From contig OY843592.1 in the NCBI GenBank assembly GCA_963692865.2, positions 2,752,001 to 2,816,000 of the forward strand: 64,000 bases of DNA, in the 5' to 3' direction. Positions 18,338-28,576 of this stretch are shown here, piece after piece. Under the pieces are notes generated by a model. That model saw only the letters and a program-made list of their open reading frames with translations. It made no database searches and was not told where the DNA came from. A program made the position numbers and the translations under genes. The first letter of the stretch is position 1; each line of letters starts with the position of its first letter. This stretch comes from a bacterium (lineage in GTDB: Bacteria; UBA8248).

Positions 18338-19657
18338 TTGTACGCCGCCCACTTGCTGGATAGCAAGATACCGCACACATCCTTAATTCCGGCAAACAAA
18401 ATTACGATGGATGACATGAGTGGTACTGAAAAATCGAATTCATACTGGGACTTCGGAGATAAAAGAGAAGATTTAATCCACAGGATTCACAGCTATCCTG
18501 CGAAATTTCCTGCTTTCATAACTACCAAGGCGCTAGGTTATGCCGAAGAGTTAGGGATCAATGTAAAGGTTGTTGCGGATGTATTTTGTGGGTGCGGGAC
18601 TACTGCGGTGGAGGCAAAAAGGAATGGAAAAGACTTTTGGGGATGCGACATTAATCCTGTCGCTTCATTAATCGCACAGGTGAAAACTCATCATTATCGG
18701 GACTCAGTTCTGGCCCGGTACTTTGAAGCTATTAAGGCCGAATTTAGTAGAACGAATCCTAGTGAAGAGGACTATGCACGAATTACAGATAGGATGCGTT
18801 ATTGGTTCGAAGAACGAAATATCGAAGATTTGATCCGGCTAGATCGAGCAATCCGCCGACAGACTCCGGCACGAGGTCGACATCGCAAGTTCTTTCTATG
18901 TGGATTTTCCAATATTTTGAAGCCGACCTCCCAGTGGTTGACCAAATCTATTAAGGCGCAGCGGGATCTGCAAAAATCCCCGCGTGGAGTAATGGAGGCG
19001 TTCGAGGAACAGTTTGCCTTTATGAGGAAAGCAAACCGACAGAACCGCTTTCCAACCCCTAGACCGAAAGTTCGCATCCGTAGGCAGAACTTTCTGGCAT
19101 CAACGGAACCAGACTGGCGAGCTGATTTAATTGTCACAAGCCCACCGTACGTTACTTCTTACGATTATGCCGAAATTCATCAACTTTCTACGTTGTGGCT
19201 ACGCTTCGCATCTGACTATCGCGTGCTACGAAAAAACATGCTCGGCAATCAGTACGGCGTGATACCACCCGAACCTGATAAAATAAATAATCTTGGGCCG
19301 ACAGCAGTTGAGACATATCATTACCTGTTGCGTGAGGACCGACGCAAGGCACATTCGGTCGTGCGATATTTTCTAGATATAGATAAAGCCGTGGACAAAT
19401 GCGGACGTATATTAAACGAGGGCGGGATGGGAGTTTTCGTTATCGGGAACACGCAGTATAAGAATGTCGTGATAAACAATGCGAAACACTTGGTGCACTG
19501 TATGGAGCGTGCGAATTTTCATAGCTTAGAAATTATCCCACGCAAAGTTTCATTGAAAATTATGACTCCATATCGAGATGCCCAAGGTCGGTTTACCCGA
19601 GATTCGACACAACGCAAAGTATACAGCGAAGAATATGTCGTCATAGGGAGAAAATAA
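18338..19657 (+). CDS. Amino-DNA methyltransferase, probably N4-cytosine, alpha motif order; start may be about 18407-18416
   Basis: HSYPAKF (motif X), DVFCGCGTT (motif I), GCDINP, IVTSPPY (motif IV), VFVIGN. AT-richer than the flanks. Confidence 0.9.
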   Translation: MYAAHLLDSKIPHTSLIPANKITMDDMSGTEKSNSYWDFGDKREDLIHRIHSYPAKFPAFITTKALGYAEELGINVKVVADVFCGCGTTAVEAKRNGKDFWGCDINPVASLIAQVKTHHYRDSVLARYFEAIKAEFSRTNPSEEDYARITDRMRYWFEERNIEDLIRLDRAIRRQTPARGRHRKFFLCGFSNILKPTSQWLTKSIKAQRDLQKSPRGVMEAFEEQFAFMRKANRQNRFPTPRPKVRIRRQNFLASTEPDWRADLIVTSPPYVTSYDYAEIHQLSTLWLRFASDYRVLRKNMLGNQYGVIPPEPDKINNLGPTAVETYHYLLREDRRKAHSVVRYFLDIDKAVDKCGRILNEGGMGVFVIGNTQYKNVVINNAKHLVHCMERANFHSLEIIPRKVSLKIMTPYRDAQGRFTRDSTQRKVYSEEYVVIGRK

Positions 19658-21864
19658 TGAGGTCCCAAACGCTGGTGATGCGACCCTATGCTCGTCTGCT
19701 AACCATGCTAGGTGACCAATTAATCAAGAACGAGCGAATCGCGTTGGTTGAACTTATCAAGAACGCCTATGACGCAGACGCTGGCCGAGTTGAGGTGCGT
19801 TTTGAAAATTTTCATGAGGATATGTCGCACAACGAAGATTCCCGAATCGTTGTATGGGACAACGGTAGCGGAATGAAATTAGAGACCGTTCGGACTCAAT
19901 GGATGAATCCCGCTGGACCAGAAAAATATTTTGAAAAGAAGGATGGAAGCGGGAAAACACCCAGGAAGAAGCGAGTAATCCAAGGAGAAAAGGGTATCGG
20001 GCGCTTTGCTGTCCATAAACTTGGCAGAGTGGTTACAGTTACGACACGCCCGAAGGAAGCGGATTTGGAAACGGTGCTGGTTTACGACTTTTCTCGATTT
20101 GATGATGACTTCGTGCTTGAGAACAAACGACGTAAAGAGATTTTTCTAGATCAGATCAAAGTCGATTGCGCACAGTCCGAGCCCCAAAAACTTGCGGGTA
20201 AAAAGCACGGTACTGTAATCGAGATACAGAAACTAAAGGGAGTTTGGAATGATAAAATCATTGGGGATCTATGCCGGGACGTCTCTAATTTAACAGATCC
20301 GGTGTCGCGGATCACCAGGCGCAGCCGCAAGGCTTCCGACCGGTTCGAGATTGCCGTTTTCTGCAACGGCAAACCTCGGTCAATTGAAGCCGATAGCATG
20401 GAGACGTTGAAATCTCTAATCGAGGATAAGTCGGTATTGAAAATCCAAGGCCGCTTTAGTTCTCGAGAAAATCTTTTCCACTTCAATACAGAAAACAAGA
20501 AGGACAAAATTAGTCTCAAGGATGCAAAAATCACAGGTCTTTGGGTTTGGAGGCAACGATTTCGCAAAGTTGCTCCTCGTTCGGCACTTAACCAAAAGTA
20601 CAACTGCGGAAATTTCACGTTCCATTTTTACATCTTCGATTTTTCACGAGCCATCGACGGCCGATACGCCTTGACTCAAGCGGAGAAGAATCTGCTCAAG
20701 GATCATCGGATATATCTGTATCGAGACGATATGCGAGTGTACCCATACGGCGATCCGGATGACGATTGGCTGAGCATTGACGTGACCCGTGGTACCGGGC
20801 GTGCGGGCGATTTTTTCAGCAACGACCAGATTATCGGCTGGATCGATATTACCCAGAAAGGCAATCCGAGGCTGCGGGACAAGACAAACCGCGAAGGCTT
20901 GATTGAGTCCGGTGGTGCAGTCGAGGATTTCATTTTTTTAGTAAAAATCTTTTTATCCTATATCAAACAATATCCTTACGCGCGCTATCAGGAACAGCAA
21001 CGACAGCGCAACACCGCCCAGTTTGTTCGTGAAGGAGTAGTAGCCCGACGTTTAGCAGATCTAAAGGATAAGTTAAAGAAATCGGGGAACAGAGCCCACG
21101 TACGCCAGATCACAAAAGTCGAAGCGGATTATAAAAGAGAGAAAGGCTTTCTATCTCGGCGCGCCGAAATGACAGAAGACTTGGCTGGTGTTGGCTTATC
21201 TGTGGAAATGGCTTCTCACGACATTATGCTACTTATGAAGCGGGCTGAAGACATTGGTAGCCGCATCGCTCGCATAGCGCGAAGTCTAGACAGTGACGAA
21301 ATTCAGGAGCAGGCTGATATGTTAGTTGGAGTGTTACACCAAATTACGAACGGAATGCGAGATATACAGAGTTTGTTTAAGTCATCTAGGCGGCGACGGA
21401 AAGTGCTCAAAGTCGAGCCGATTCTAGACAAGATCCACCAGATTTACAGGAGTCTGCTCGAACGATCAGAAATTCGTTATCAAAAGGTTGAGGTGGGCAG
21501 TTCGCCACTGACTGCGAACACTACTGACGGTGTAATCATGCAAGTTCTGATTAACTTGTTCGACAATGCTTCTTATTGGTTAGAAACTGTCGACCCAGCC
21601 AAGCGAGAAATCCGGGTCACTGTTGACAGGGAAGAAGGGGAACTGACTTTTTCAGACAGTGGCCCCGGTGTCGATACTGATGATCTGCCGTATATATTTG
21701 AACCTTTCTACTCCGGGAAAGGACAGGAAGGAAGGGGCTTAGGCCTGTACATCGCTCGCCAGCTATTGGAACGACATGACTATTGCATTAGGACCGTGGA
21801 GGAAGACCAGAAAGTTCTGCCGGGTGCTAACTTCGTCGTCAGTTTTGTGAAAGAGGATGCCTGA
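19657..21864 (+). CDS. Fusion of a MORC/MutL-type GHKL ATPase (+S5 domain) and a histidine kinase
   Basis: N-terminal ALVELIKNAYDADA, DNGSGM, GEKGIGRF, HGTVIEI. S5-like YRDDMRVYPYG..DDDWL and DKTNREGL. Coiled coil, then H-box SHDI, N-box NLFDNA, G1 DSGPG, F-box IFEPFYS and G2 GRGLGL. TAATG overlap with the MTase. Confidence 0.9.
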   Translation: MRSQTLVMRPYARLLTMLGDQLIKNERIALVELIKNAYDADAGRVEVRFENFHEDMSHNEDSRIVVWDNGSGMKLETVRTQWMNPAGPEKYFEKKDGSGKTPRKKRVIQGEKGIGRFAVHKLGRVVTVTTRPKEADLETVLVYDFSRFDDDFVLENKRRKEIFLDQIKVDCAQSEPQKLAGKKHGTVIEIQKLKGVWNDKIIGDLCRDVSNLTDPVSRITRRSRKASDRFEIAVFCNGKPRSIEADSMETLKSLIEDKSVLKIQGRFSSRENLFHFNTENKKDKISLKDAKITGLWVWRQRFRKVAPRSALNQKYNCGNFTFHFYIFDFSRAIDGRYALTQAEKNLLKDHRIYLYRDDMRVYPYGDPDDDWLSIDVTRGTGRAGDFFSNDQIIGWIDITQKGNPRLRDKTNREGLIESGGAVEDFIFLVKIFLSYIKQYPYARYQEQQRQRNTAQFVREGVVARRLADLKDKLKKSGNRAHVRQITKVEADYKREKGFLSRRAEMTEDLAGVGLSVEMASHDIMLLMKRAEDIGSRIARIARSLDSDEIQEQADMLVGVLHQITNGMRDIQSLFKSSRRRRKVLKVEPILDKIHQIYRSLLERSEIRYQKVEVGSSPLTANTTDGVIMQVLINLFDNASYWLETVDPAKREIRVTVDREEGELTFSDSGPGVDTDDLPYIFEPFYSGKGQEGRGLGLYIARQLLERHDYCIRTVEEDQKVLPGANFVVSFVKEDA

Positions 21865-23054
21865 TGGATCTAAAGTACCTGATGTCTGGTATCGGTGTAG
21901 TGATCGACGACAAGATCGAAAACACGGCCATAGATGAAGACGATAAAAACGGGAATGCAGATCCAATCATTCAGATTGTAAAACGAATCGAACAGGAGTG
22001 GAACCTGCCATTCTACAAGATGGACGGAATGCCTCAGGAGGAAGTGTGGTCCAATCTGCTACAGACCGCTAGTTTCATTATATTAGACTGGAAGCTGTGG
22101 CCAAATGGTGCTTCCCATCTAAAGAAAATGGGCATCGCAAAGAATATCCGCTTCCTTAAGCAAGCAAGAGACTATTTCGTGCCAGTGTTCATTTTCACCA
22201 ATGAGAATAGGGTCGATGTAGAAAGCGAATTGCCTGAGGATGTGTACCAGGAGGATTCGCCGGAGAAAAATTTTGTGTTTATTCAGGAGAAGACCCGCCT
22301 TTTGTCTGATGACTCTTTGGATTTAAGCGTAATCGAAGAATGGATCAAACAAAACGCGTCGGTGTATGTCCTAAAAACTTGGGAGCAAGCTTTCTATACA
22401 GCAAAAAGAAATCTGTTCAGCACGATGTACACAAGAAGCCCAGATTGGCCTAGGGTGTTCTGGGAATCGTATATACAAGACAATATCGATCCTAGTTCAT
22501 CCCTCACACATTTGATCAACGACAATTTGCGTGGGCGTATGCGAACAAATGCTTTCGAGGCAGACATTCTAGCCACTCCTCATGCTGAGGTTGCTACACA
22601 AGATTTGCGTTCTTTGATTGGTGAAACTAGTTTTTGTTCAAATGAAACTTTGCCAGAAGACGAAATCAGATGCGGGGACTTGTTCAAACTACCTAAACAG
22701 AAGTTTCTGCTCAATATCCGTCCGGATTGCGATTGTATTCCTAGAAAGGGAAAAGCTGACGAATTGGAGCTTTATTGCATCGAAGGCAAAAGGATAAGAG
22801 ACACAGAAGTTAGCAATAAATTCAGCAATGGACATTTTCTTGAACATGTCTGGGAGAATATTATTTTTTCGGTTCTCGATGGGAAAAGCGTGCGGTTTGA
22901 TTTCAGGAAACTCCGCGTTGAGAAGTATGCAGAGATAAAGGATCAGCGTATTGGTCGTCTATTACACCCCTATGTGACCAGAATCCAGCAGCGTTACGCT
23001 CTATATTTACAAAGACAAGGTTTACCCCGCATCCCGGAAGCGGCTGTCCAGTAG
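21864..23054 (+). CDS. Receiver-domain protein with an uncharacterised C-terminal domain
   Basis: VVIDD, IILDW, VFIFT and QEK give the REC acidic pocket/Thr/Lys. C-terminal CGDLF...RPDCDC...IGRLLHPY..RIQQRY..YLQRQGLP. TGATG overlap with the kinase. Confidence 0.8.
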   Translation: MDLKYLMSGIGVVIDDKIENTAIDEDDKNGNADPIIQIVKRIEQEWNLPFYKMDGMPQEEVWSNLLQTASFIILDWKLWPNGASHLKKMGIAKNIRFLKQARDYFVPVFIFTNENRVDVESELPEDVYQEDSPEKNFVFIQEKTRLLSDDSLDLSVIEEWIKQNASVYVLKTWEQAFYTAKRNLFSTMYTRSPDWPRVFWESYIQDNIDPSSSLTHLINDNLRGRMRTNAFEADILATPHAEVATQDLRSLIGETSFCSNETLPEDEIRCGDLFKLPKQKFLLNIRPDCDCIPRKGKADELELYCIEGKRIRDTEVSNKFSNGHFLEHVWENIIFSVLDGKSVRFDFRKLRVEKYAEIKDQRIGRLLHPYVTRIQQRYALYLQRQGLPRIPEAAVQ

Positions 23055-23431
23055 TTCAAAATTTTTTAAGTGATTCGTTTTTTTTCAATATCCCTGATAT
23101 AGAGCGAAGAATTCTTGGACAAGCTCTCCCCCGATCCGAGGCTGACGGACTACAATGCCGAAAGTTACTCGATCTCAGAATTAGTTCTATGCCTTTTTAT
23201 TAAATGATTTCTATCGAACGGTTCGCGGCCAAATGAAAGGCTGTGGATTGTTTTTTGTTCTTACTCTGCCATAAATATCGTTATCCTTAACCGGACGAAC
23301 CACTAAGACGGGAAGCCCGACTCACGCGCCGCCGCGTCTGTTGCGCCATACTGAACCGCCGGTACCATCGCCCGCCGGGGAACACGCAGCGCCCCGGGCG
23401 ACTTCTGCGGACGACGCCAAAGGAACATCTG

Positions 23432-24178
23432 ATGTTCGACGCCGCCACCCTCATCGCAATCGCCGGAACCTTCCTCCTCGCGGGCGCGGTCAAGGGGGTC
23501 ATCGGCTTAGGCCTCCCGACGGTCAGCCTCGCCGTTCTGGCGGCGGCGCTCGACCTGCCGAACGCGATGGCCCTGCTCCTCGCGCCTTCGCTCGCGACCA
23601 ACGCCTGGCAAGCGGCCGCCGGCGGCCACGGGCGGGCCCTCCTGCGCCGGATATGGCCGTTCCTGCTGGTGGCGGCGGTCACCGTGCGGTTCGGGGCATC
23701 CGCGCTGACGCGCGTCGAGTCCTCCCTGCTGACGGCGCTCCTCGGGCTGCTGCTCGCGGCCTACGCCGCCGCGAGTCTGGCGGGACTGCGGTTCCACGCC
23801 CGGGCCCGCCATGAAAAGTGGCTGGGCCCGCTGGCGGGGCTCGCGAACGGCGCGCTGACGGGCATGACGGGGTCCTTCGTCGTGCCGGGGGTGATGTACC
23901 TGCAAGCGCTCGGCCTCCCGCGGGACGCGCTGATCCAGGCGATGGGCATGCTCTTCACGGTATCCACGCTGGCGCTGGGGTTCGCGCTCAAGGAGAACGG
24001 CCTGCTGCGGCTCGAGCACGGCGCCCTCTCCGCCTTGGCCCTGCTGCCGGCGGCGGCGGGGATGGCCGCCGGGCAACGGATACGGAAAAGGCTCTCCGAG
24101 CGGCTGTTCCGCAGGATATTCTTCCTCTCCCTCTTGGCGCTTGGCGCCTACCTCGCCTCCCGCGCGTTCGGCGGCTGA
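23432..24178 (+). CDS. TauE/SafE-family permease (sulfite exporter-like)
   Basis: LAGAVKGVIGLGLP, GALTGMTG, eight or more hydrophobic helices, GMAAGQRIR...FRRIF. Confidence 0.9.
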   Translation: MFDAATLIAIAGTFLLAGAVKGVIGLGLPTVSLAVLAAALDLPNAMALLLAPSLATNAWQAAAGGHGRALLRRIWPFLLVAAVTVRFGASALTRVESSLLTALLGLLLAAYAAASLAGLRFHARARHEKWLGPLAGLANGALTGMTGSFVVPGVMYLQALGLPRDALIQAMGMLFTVSTLALGFALKENGLLRLEHGALSALALLPAAAGMAAGQRIRKRLSERLFRRIFFLSLLALGAYLASRAFGG

Positions 24179-24261
24179 ACGCCGCGCCCGCCCCGCCCGC
24201 CCGGGCGCGCCTTCGCCCGGAACCGGCCTCCTCCGTCAGCCGCGCCGAACCCTCCCTCCAC

Positions 24262-24677
24262 GGGGTTGTTGAATAAGTCCCGATGAGTGAGGGATTGCCG
24301 GTTTTGCGTAGGGACAACCCTCCGTGGTTGTCCCCCATCGGACAGGCACGGAGGCCTGTCCCTACGGAATCATCGCGTCGCCGACCGAGAGCATACATGG
24401 GGTTTTTCAACAACCCCGAGAAAGAAGCGTTTGTATCGAAGGGCCAATCCCTACGAGATGGTGCGGTTTTGTTCGTCATTCCGGCGAAAGCCGGAATCCA
24501 TTTGCGGGTGCGGGTGAACAGGCGGCGGCTTTTCATTCCCCGCCGATGCGCGGGACCCCGACGAAAGGCAAAAGGCGAAAAAATGGATTCCGGCAAACCC
24601 TCCCGCCTTGGTCGGGTCCGACACCGGAATGATGGCGGTGGCCAATTCCGAGCGAGGAGGACTTTCTCAACAGCCTC
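24262..24677. repeat. MITE-like composite repeat containing REP hairpins
   Basis: GGGGTTGTTGAATAAG at 24262. GTAGGGACAACCCTCCGTGGTTGTCC and GGACAGGCACGGAGGCCTGTCCCTAC form an inverted GTAG pair. TTTTTCAACAACCCC at about 24403, CGTCATTCCGGCGAAAGCCGGAATCCA at 24474, CTTTCTCAACAGCCTC at about 24662. Confidence 0.82.
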
Positions 24678-25145
24678 TCCACGGCCGGGTTCGACTTCTT
24701 CGCCCGGGGCCGGCGCGCGCATTTCCCCGCATTTGCCGTCATGGCGCGCGGCGGGGCTTTCGGTATGGTGGCGAAGCGCTCCGCCCCCTTCACGCGGGCG
24801 GGGCGGGCGAATCCCTCGCGGGCCGGAAGAATTCCTCCTTCTTCTGCCGGAATTCCCCCCCGCGGCCCTCTCATGAGGAAGACCCGATGCCGGGCGAACC
24901 CCGATCAATCTCTTCCCGCGGACGGGAGCGGGGCGGCGGAACGGCCCCGGGGCGGGAGGAGAACGGCGAATTCGGAATTCCTGAAAAATTGTATAAATTC
25001 GGATAAATTCACGGGGTTTTTCGACAAATTCCTGAAAATTTATTTCATTGATTTTCAAGGGGTTATCGATTTCAAGCGGCGTTTTCCGCCGAATTTCGAC
25101 ACGAAAAAATTCAGGGGTTACGTAAAATTCAAGGGCTGGAGGCGC

Positions 25146-26003
25146 CTAGCGCAGCGAGGTCACCAGCGCCACGCCCGCCACGATGAAGAGCGCGCCCCAG
25201 ACGATGCGCGGGGTGATCCTCTCGCGCCTCCCGAGAATGAGCGGCGCGAGGGCGAGCGTGAACAGCGGCACCGTCGCCACCATGGGCGAGACGCTCGATA
25301 CGTCCCCCATGCTCAGGGCGGCCATGAGCGTCAGCTGGGCGGCGCCCATGGCGAGACCCGCCCAGACGAAGTTCGCGAGCGATGCCCTGTTGAACACGAA
25401 CGGACGCCACCCGGCGCTCGCCTTCAGGAACACCGGCCCCACGATGCAGGCAGAGACGGACTGCAGGAATCCACCGAACACGAGCGAATCCATCCCCCCC
25501 AGGCCCAGTTTCCGGAGCATGTGCGCCAGACCGAAGAACGCGGCCGACGTGAACGGAAGGAGCAGCGCCCGCCCCCTGGCGAGCGGGCCTCCCCCGCTCG
25601 TCATCCAGAACACGCCGGCGACGACCAGGAGGATCCCGAGCCACACCATGGCGGGCGGGCGCTCGCCCAGAAACATGAAGGCCCAGAGCGCCCCGAAGAT
25701 GGCGTGGGTGTTCGAGATGGAACTCGTGGGCGCCACGCCGATTCGCTGGATCGATCTATACAGGAACAGCAGGGACAGCGCGGGCGAGGAAAGCCCCGCC
25801 GCCAGAAAGGCGAGCCAGTATACCGAGAACGATATGCGCGAGAAATCCACCACCGCCAGAGAGGCGGAGAAGAAGACGAGCTGCATGACGAGGACGACGA
25901 GGCTCCCCGTGTGTGGCGTGCTGCCGTCCAGCCCTCTCCTGGTCATGATGCTCGAGAGGGAGAAGAAGACTGCCGGGCTCAGGGCGACCAGTTCGAACGG
26001 CAT
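25146..26003 (-). CDS. EamA/DMT-family transporter
   Basis: Ten TM helices in two EamA repeats (IQRIGVAPTS...FLGER; GDVSSVSP...RERIT). Confidence 0.9.
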   Translation of the reverse strand: MPFELVALSPAVFFSLSSIMTRRGLDGSTPHTGSLVVLVMQLVFFSASLAVVDFSRISFSVYWLAFLAAGLSSPALSLLFLYRSIQRIGVAPTSSISNTHAIFGALWAFMFLGERPPAMVWLGILLVVAGVFWMTSGGGPLARGRALLLPFTSAAFFGLAHMLRKLGLGGMDSLVFGGFLQSVSACIVGPVFLKASAGWRPFVFNRASLANFVWAGLAMGAAQLTLMAALSMGDVSSVSPMVATVPLFTLALAPLILGRRERITPRIVWGALFIVAGVALVTSLR

Positions 26004-26058
26004 TCAGACTCCGACCCGGCCGGCCCGCATCGACACGTCCGGCGGCAGTTGAAACGTA

Positions 26059-27006
26059 TCAGACGACCCCCGGATTCACGATGTTGACGGGCCTTTCGCC
26101 CGCCAGGGCCAGGCGCATGTTCTCCGCCGTGCGGTCCATGGCGGCGACCTGCGTCTCGGGCGTGCGGGAGGCGTGGTGCGGACTGATGATGACGTTCTTG
26201 AGCCCCCACAGGCCGTGATCCTCCGGCAAGGGCTCGGGGTCCGTCACGTCCAGCCCCGCGCCGCCCAGGTGGCCGCCTCGCATCACCTCCAGAAGATCGC
26301 CGCTCACCACGGCCGGACCTCTGGAAACATTGATGAGGATGGCGTCGGGCTTCATTTTCAGGAGGTTCGCCCTGTTCATGACGCCCCGCATCTCGGGGGC
26401 CAGCGGCATGCACAGGATCAGGAAGTCCGCGCGCGGCAGGAGGGCGTCGAAAGACATGAACTCGAGCTTCGCCTCGGGCACGTAGGAGGGGTCTTCCGTG
26501 CGCGTGTTGACGAGCAACTCCATGCCGAATCCGTGGCCGATGCGCGCCGCTCTCCGGCCGATGTCGCCCAGCCCCACGATGCCCAGCGATTTGCCGCCCA
26601 ACTGCACCGCGGGCATGTGCTCCCAGGTCTCCTGCTCATCCTTCATCCAGGCGTGGCGCGCGACGTAGAGCGCCATGAAGAAGGCGTGCTCCGCCACGGA
26701 GCGTCCCCGGACGCCCTCGACGTTGCACACCATGACGCCGCGCTCGTTCGCCGCGTCGACGTCGATGTTGTCCACGCCCGCGCCCGGCTTGGCCACCACC
26801 TTGAGGTTCGGGGCCATGTCCATCATCCCGGGCGCGACGGGCCGGAACACCGTCAGGATGCCCTCCGCGTCCGGCAGGAGGGGATCGATGGCCTCTGGCG
26901 TGTATTCGGCGGGCGCGACGACCTCGTGCTCCGCGCCCAGCCAGTCGGAAGCCACGTTCCACGCAGGCGTCGAATAAAGCGGATCGACAAGCACTACTTT
27001 CGCCAT
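26059..27006 (-). CDS. D-isomer-specific 2-hydroxyacid dehydrogenase
   Basis: GAGVDNID, GIVGLGDIG, INVSRG, GLDVTDPEP, SPHHA. Confidence 0.92.
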   Translation of the reverse strand: MAKVVLVDPLYSTPAWNVASDWLGAEHEVVAPAEYTPEAIDPLLPDAEGILTVFRPVAPGMMDMAPNLKVVAKPGAGVDNIDVDAANERGVMVCNVEGVRGRSVAEHAFFMALYVARHAWMKDEQETWEHMPAVQLGGKSLGIVGLGDIGRRAARIGHGFGMELLVNTRTEDPSYVPEAKLEFMSFDALLPRADFLILCMPLAPEMRGVMNRANLLKMKPDAILINVSRGPAVVSGDLLEVMRGGHLGGAGLDVTDPEPLPEDHGLWGLKNVIISPHHASRTPETQVAAMDRTAENMRLALAGERPVNIVNPGVV

Positions 27007-27175
27007 GACGTAAATCCTCTTATGAACTTCTGAAAAATCGCCTGCGCGTCTGGCCCGAGGCAAGCGACGCGCCCCGGCCGAAGCCGTCTATCGGCATAAA
27101 GATAGTTCGCAGCACAGGAACGGACCGGCGCACCCGGACTTCTTGCAAGGCAGGCGTCCCCGATGATTCAAATTT

Positions 27176-28267
27176 TTACCCGATGATCTTGAGTTCGGGC
27201 ACCGATATGGGACCCGATGCGTTGGCGATAGCCACCTGCTCGGCCACCTTTCTGGCCGCCTCGCGGAACGCCCTGGCCGTCGGGTGATCGGGCTCCCCCG
27301 CCACGACGGGCACGCCGAAGTCTCCGCCCAGCCTCACCTTGACGTCGAGTGGAATGGCGCCCAGGAACGGGACTTCGTAGCGCTGTGAGGCCTTCTCCCC
27401 GCCGCCCGTGTCGAAGATGTTCTCGCGATGGCCGCATTCGGGGCACATGTAGTAGCTCATGTTTTCGATGATCCCGAGGATGGGCACGTCGGTTTTCCGG
27501 AACATCTGAAGGCCCTTGCGCGCATCGAGCAAGGCGATGTCCTGCGGCGTGCTGACGATGACGGCGCCCGCGAGGGACACCTGCTGCACGATGGTCAGTT
27601 GCGCGTCGCCCGTGCCGGGGGGCAGGTCCAGGACGAGATAGTCGAGCTCACCCCAGATCGTCTCGCTCAGAAACTGAACGAGCGCGCGCATGACCATGGG
27701 GCCGCGCCAGATGACGGGGCTGTCCTCGTCGACCAGAAAGCCCATCGACATGACCTTGAGGCCGTGCGCTTCGAGGGGCCGTATCTTGTTCCCGTCCTCG
27801 GCGATGGGCCGCGCCGCGGGGATGCCCAGCATCAAGGGCTGGCTCGGCCCGTATATGTCCGCGTCCAGAATCCCCACCCTGGCGCCTTCCCTGCCGAGCG
27901 CGAGCGCCATGTTCACCGCCACGGTCGACTTGCCCACGCCGCCCTTGCCGCTGGCCACGGCGATGATGTTCTTCACGCCCTCGACGTCCATCTTGCCCGC
28001 CATCGAGGGCCTCGCGGTGACGTGGCTCGTCACCCGGACGTTCACCGAGTTCACGCTCTCCAAAGAGCCGACCGCCAGCTTGCATTCCTGTTCGAACTCC
28101 TCCTTGCGCGGGTGCGCGGGCGTGGTCAACTGCAGGGTGAAGGCGACCGCATCCCCGCAAATCTGCACGTCCTTGATCATGTTGAGGCTCACGAGGTCTT
28201 TTCCGATCTCGGGGTCTCGCACCGCTCTCAGAGCCTCGATAACCTGGGCTTCGGTTGCTTCTGACAT
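27176..28267 (-). CDS. apbC: Mrp/ApbC iron-sulfur cluster carrier ATPase with N-terminal DUF59
   Basis: VRDPEI (DUF59), SGKGGVGKST, DADIYGPS, VIWRGPM, DLPPGTGD, STPQ, ENMS..CPEC. Confidence 0.95.
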   Translation of the reverse strand: MSEATEAQVIEALRAVRDPEIGKDLVSLNMIKDVQICGDAVAFTLQLTTPAHPRKEEFEQECKLAVGSLESVNSVNVRVTSHVTARPSMAGKMDVEGVKNIIAVASGKGGVGKSTVAVNMALALGREGARVGILDADIYGPSQPLMLGIPAARPIAEDGNKIRPLEAHGLKVMSMGFLVDEDSPVIWRGPMVMRALVQFLSETIWGELDYLVLDLPPGTGDAQLTIVQQVSLAGAVIVSTPQDIALLDARKGLQMFRKTDVPILGIIENMSYYMCPECGHRENIFDTGGGEKASQRYEVPFLGAIPLDVKVRLGGDFGVPVVAGEPDHPTARAFREAARKVAEQVAIANASGPISVPELKIIG

Positions 28268-28455
28268 AAGGGGAATCCTCTAATCCAATACAGGAAACGC
28301 GCTGAAAAATCGTCCACCGGAAAGTTTCGCTCCCATGCCGGAGCGCATTCCTCTTATGGCGCGGATTTTTTCGCCTGTCAAACGCGCGAGGGCGAAACCC
28401 CTGTCGGGGCGCACGCGGATGCGCCGCATAAAAACAGGAAAAACGCCTTTCTCGG

Positions 28456-28484
28456 TTGACGCATCGGCTCCTTCTCATTATTTT
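28456..28484 (+). promoter_or_regulatory. Candidate sigma70 promoter for etfBA
   Basis: TTGACG-17bp-TATTTT. Confidence 0.4.
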
Positions 28485-28576
28485 TAGGCCGTCTCGTTCA
28501 TCGATTCAGAACACACCCGAGCGATTCGTATGAACCCCGAAGGTTCGAACCAGTTAAAACAAGGAGAATCAACCCT

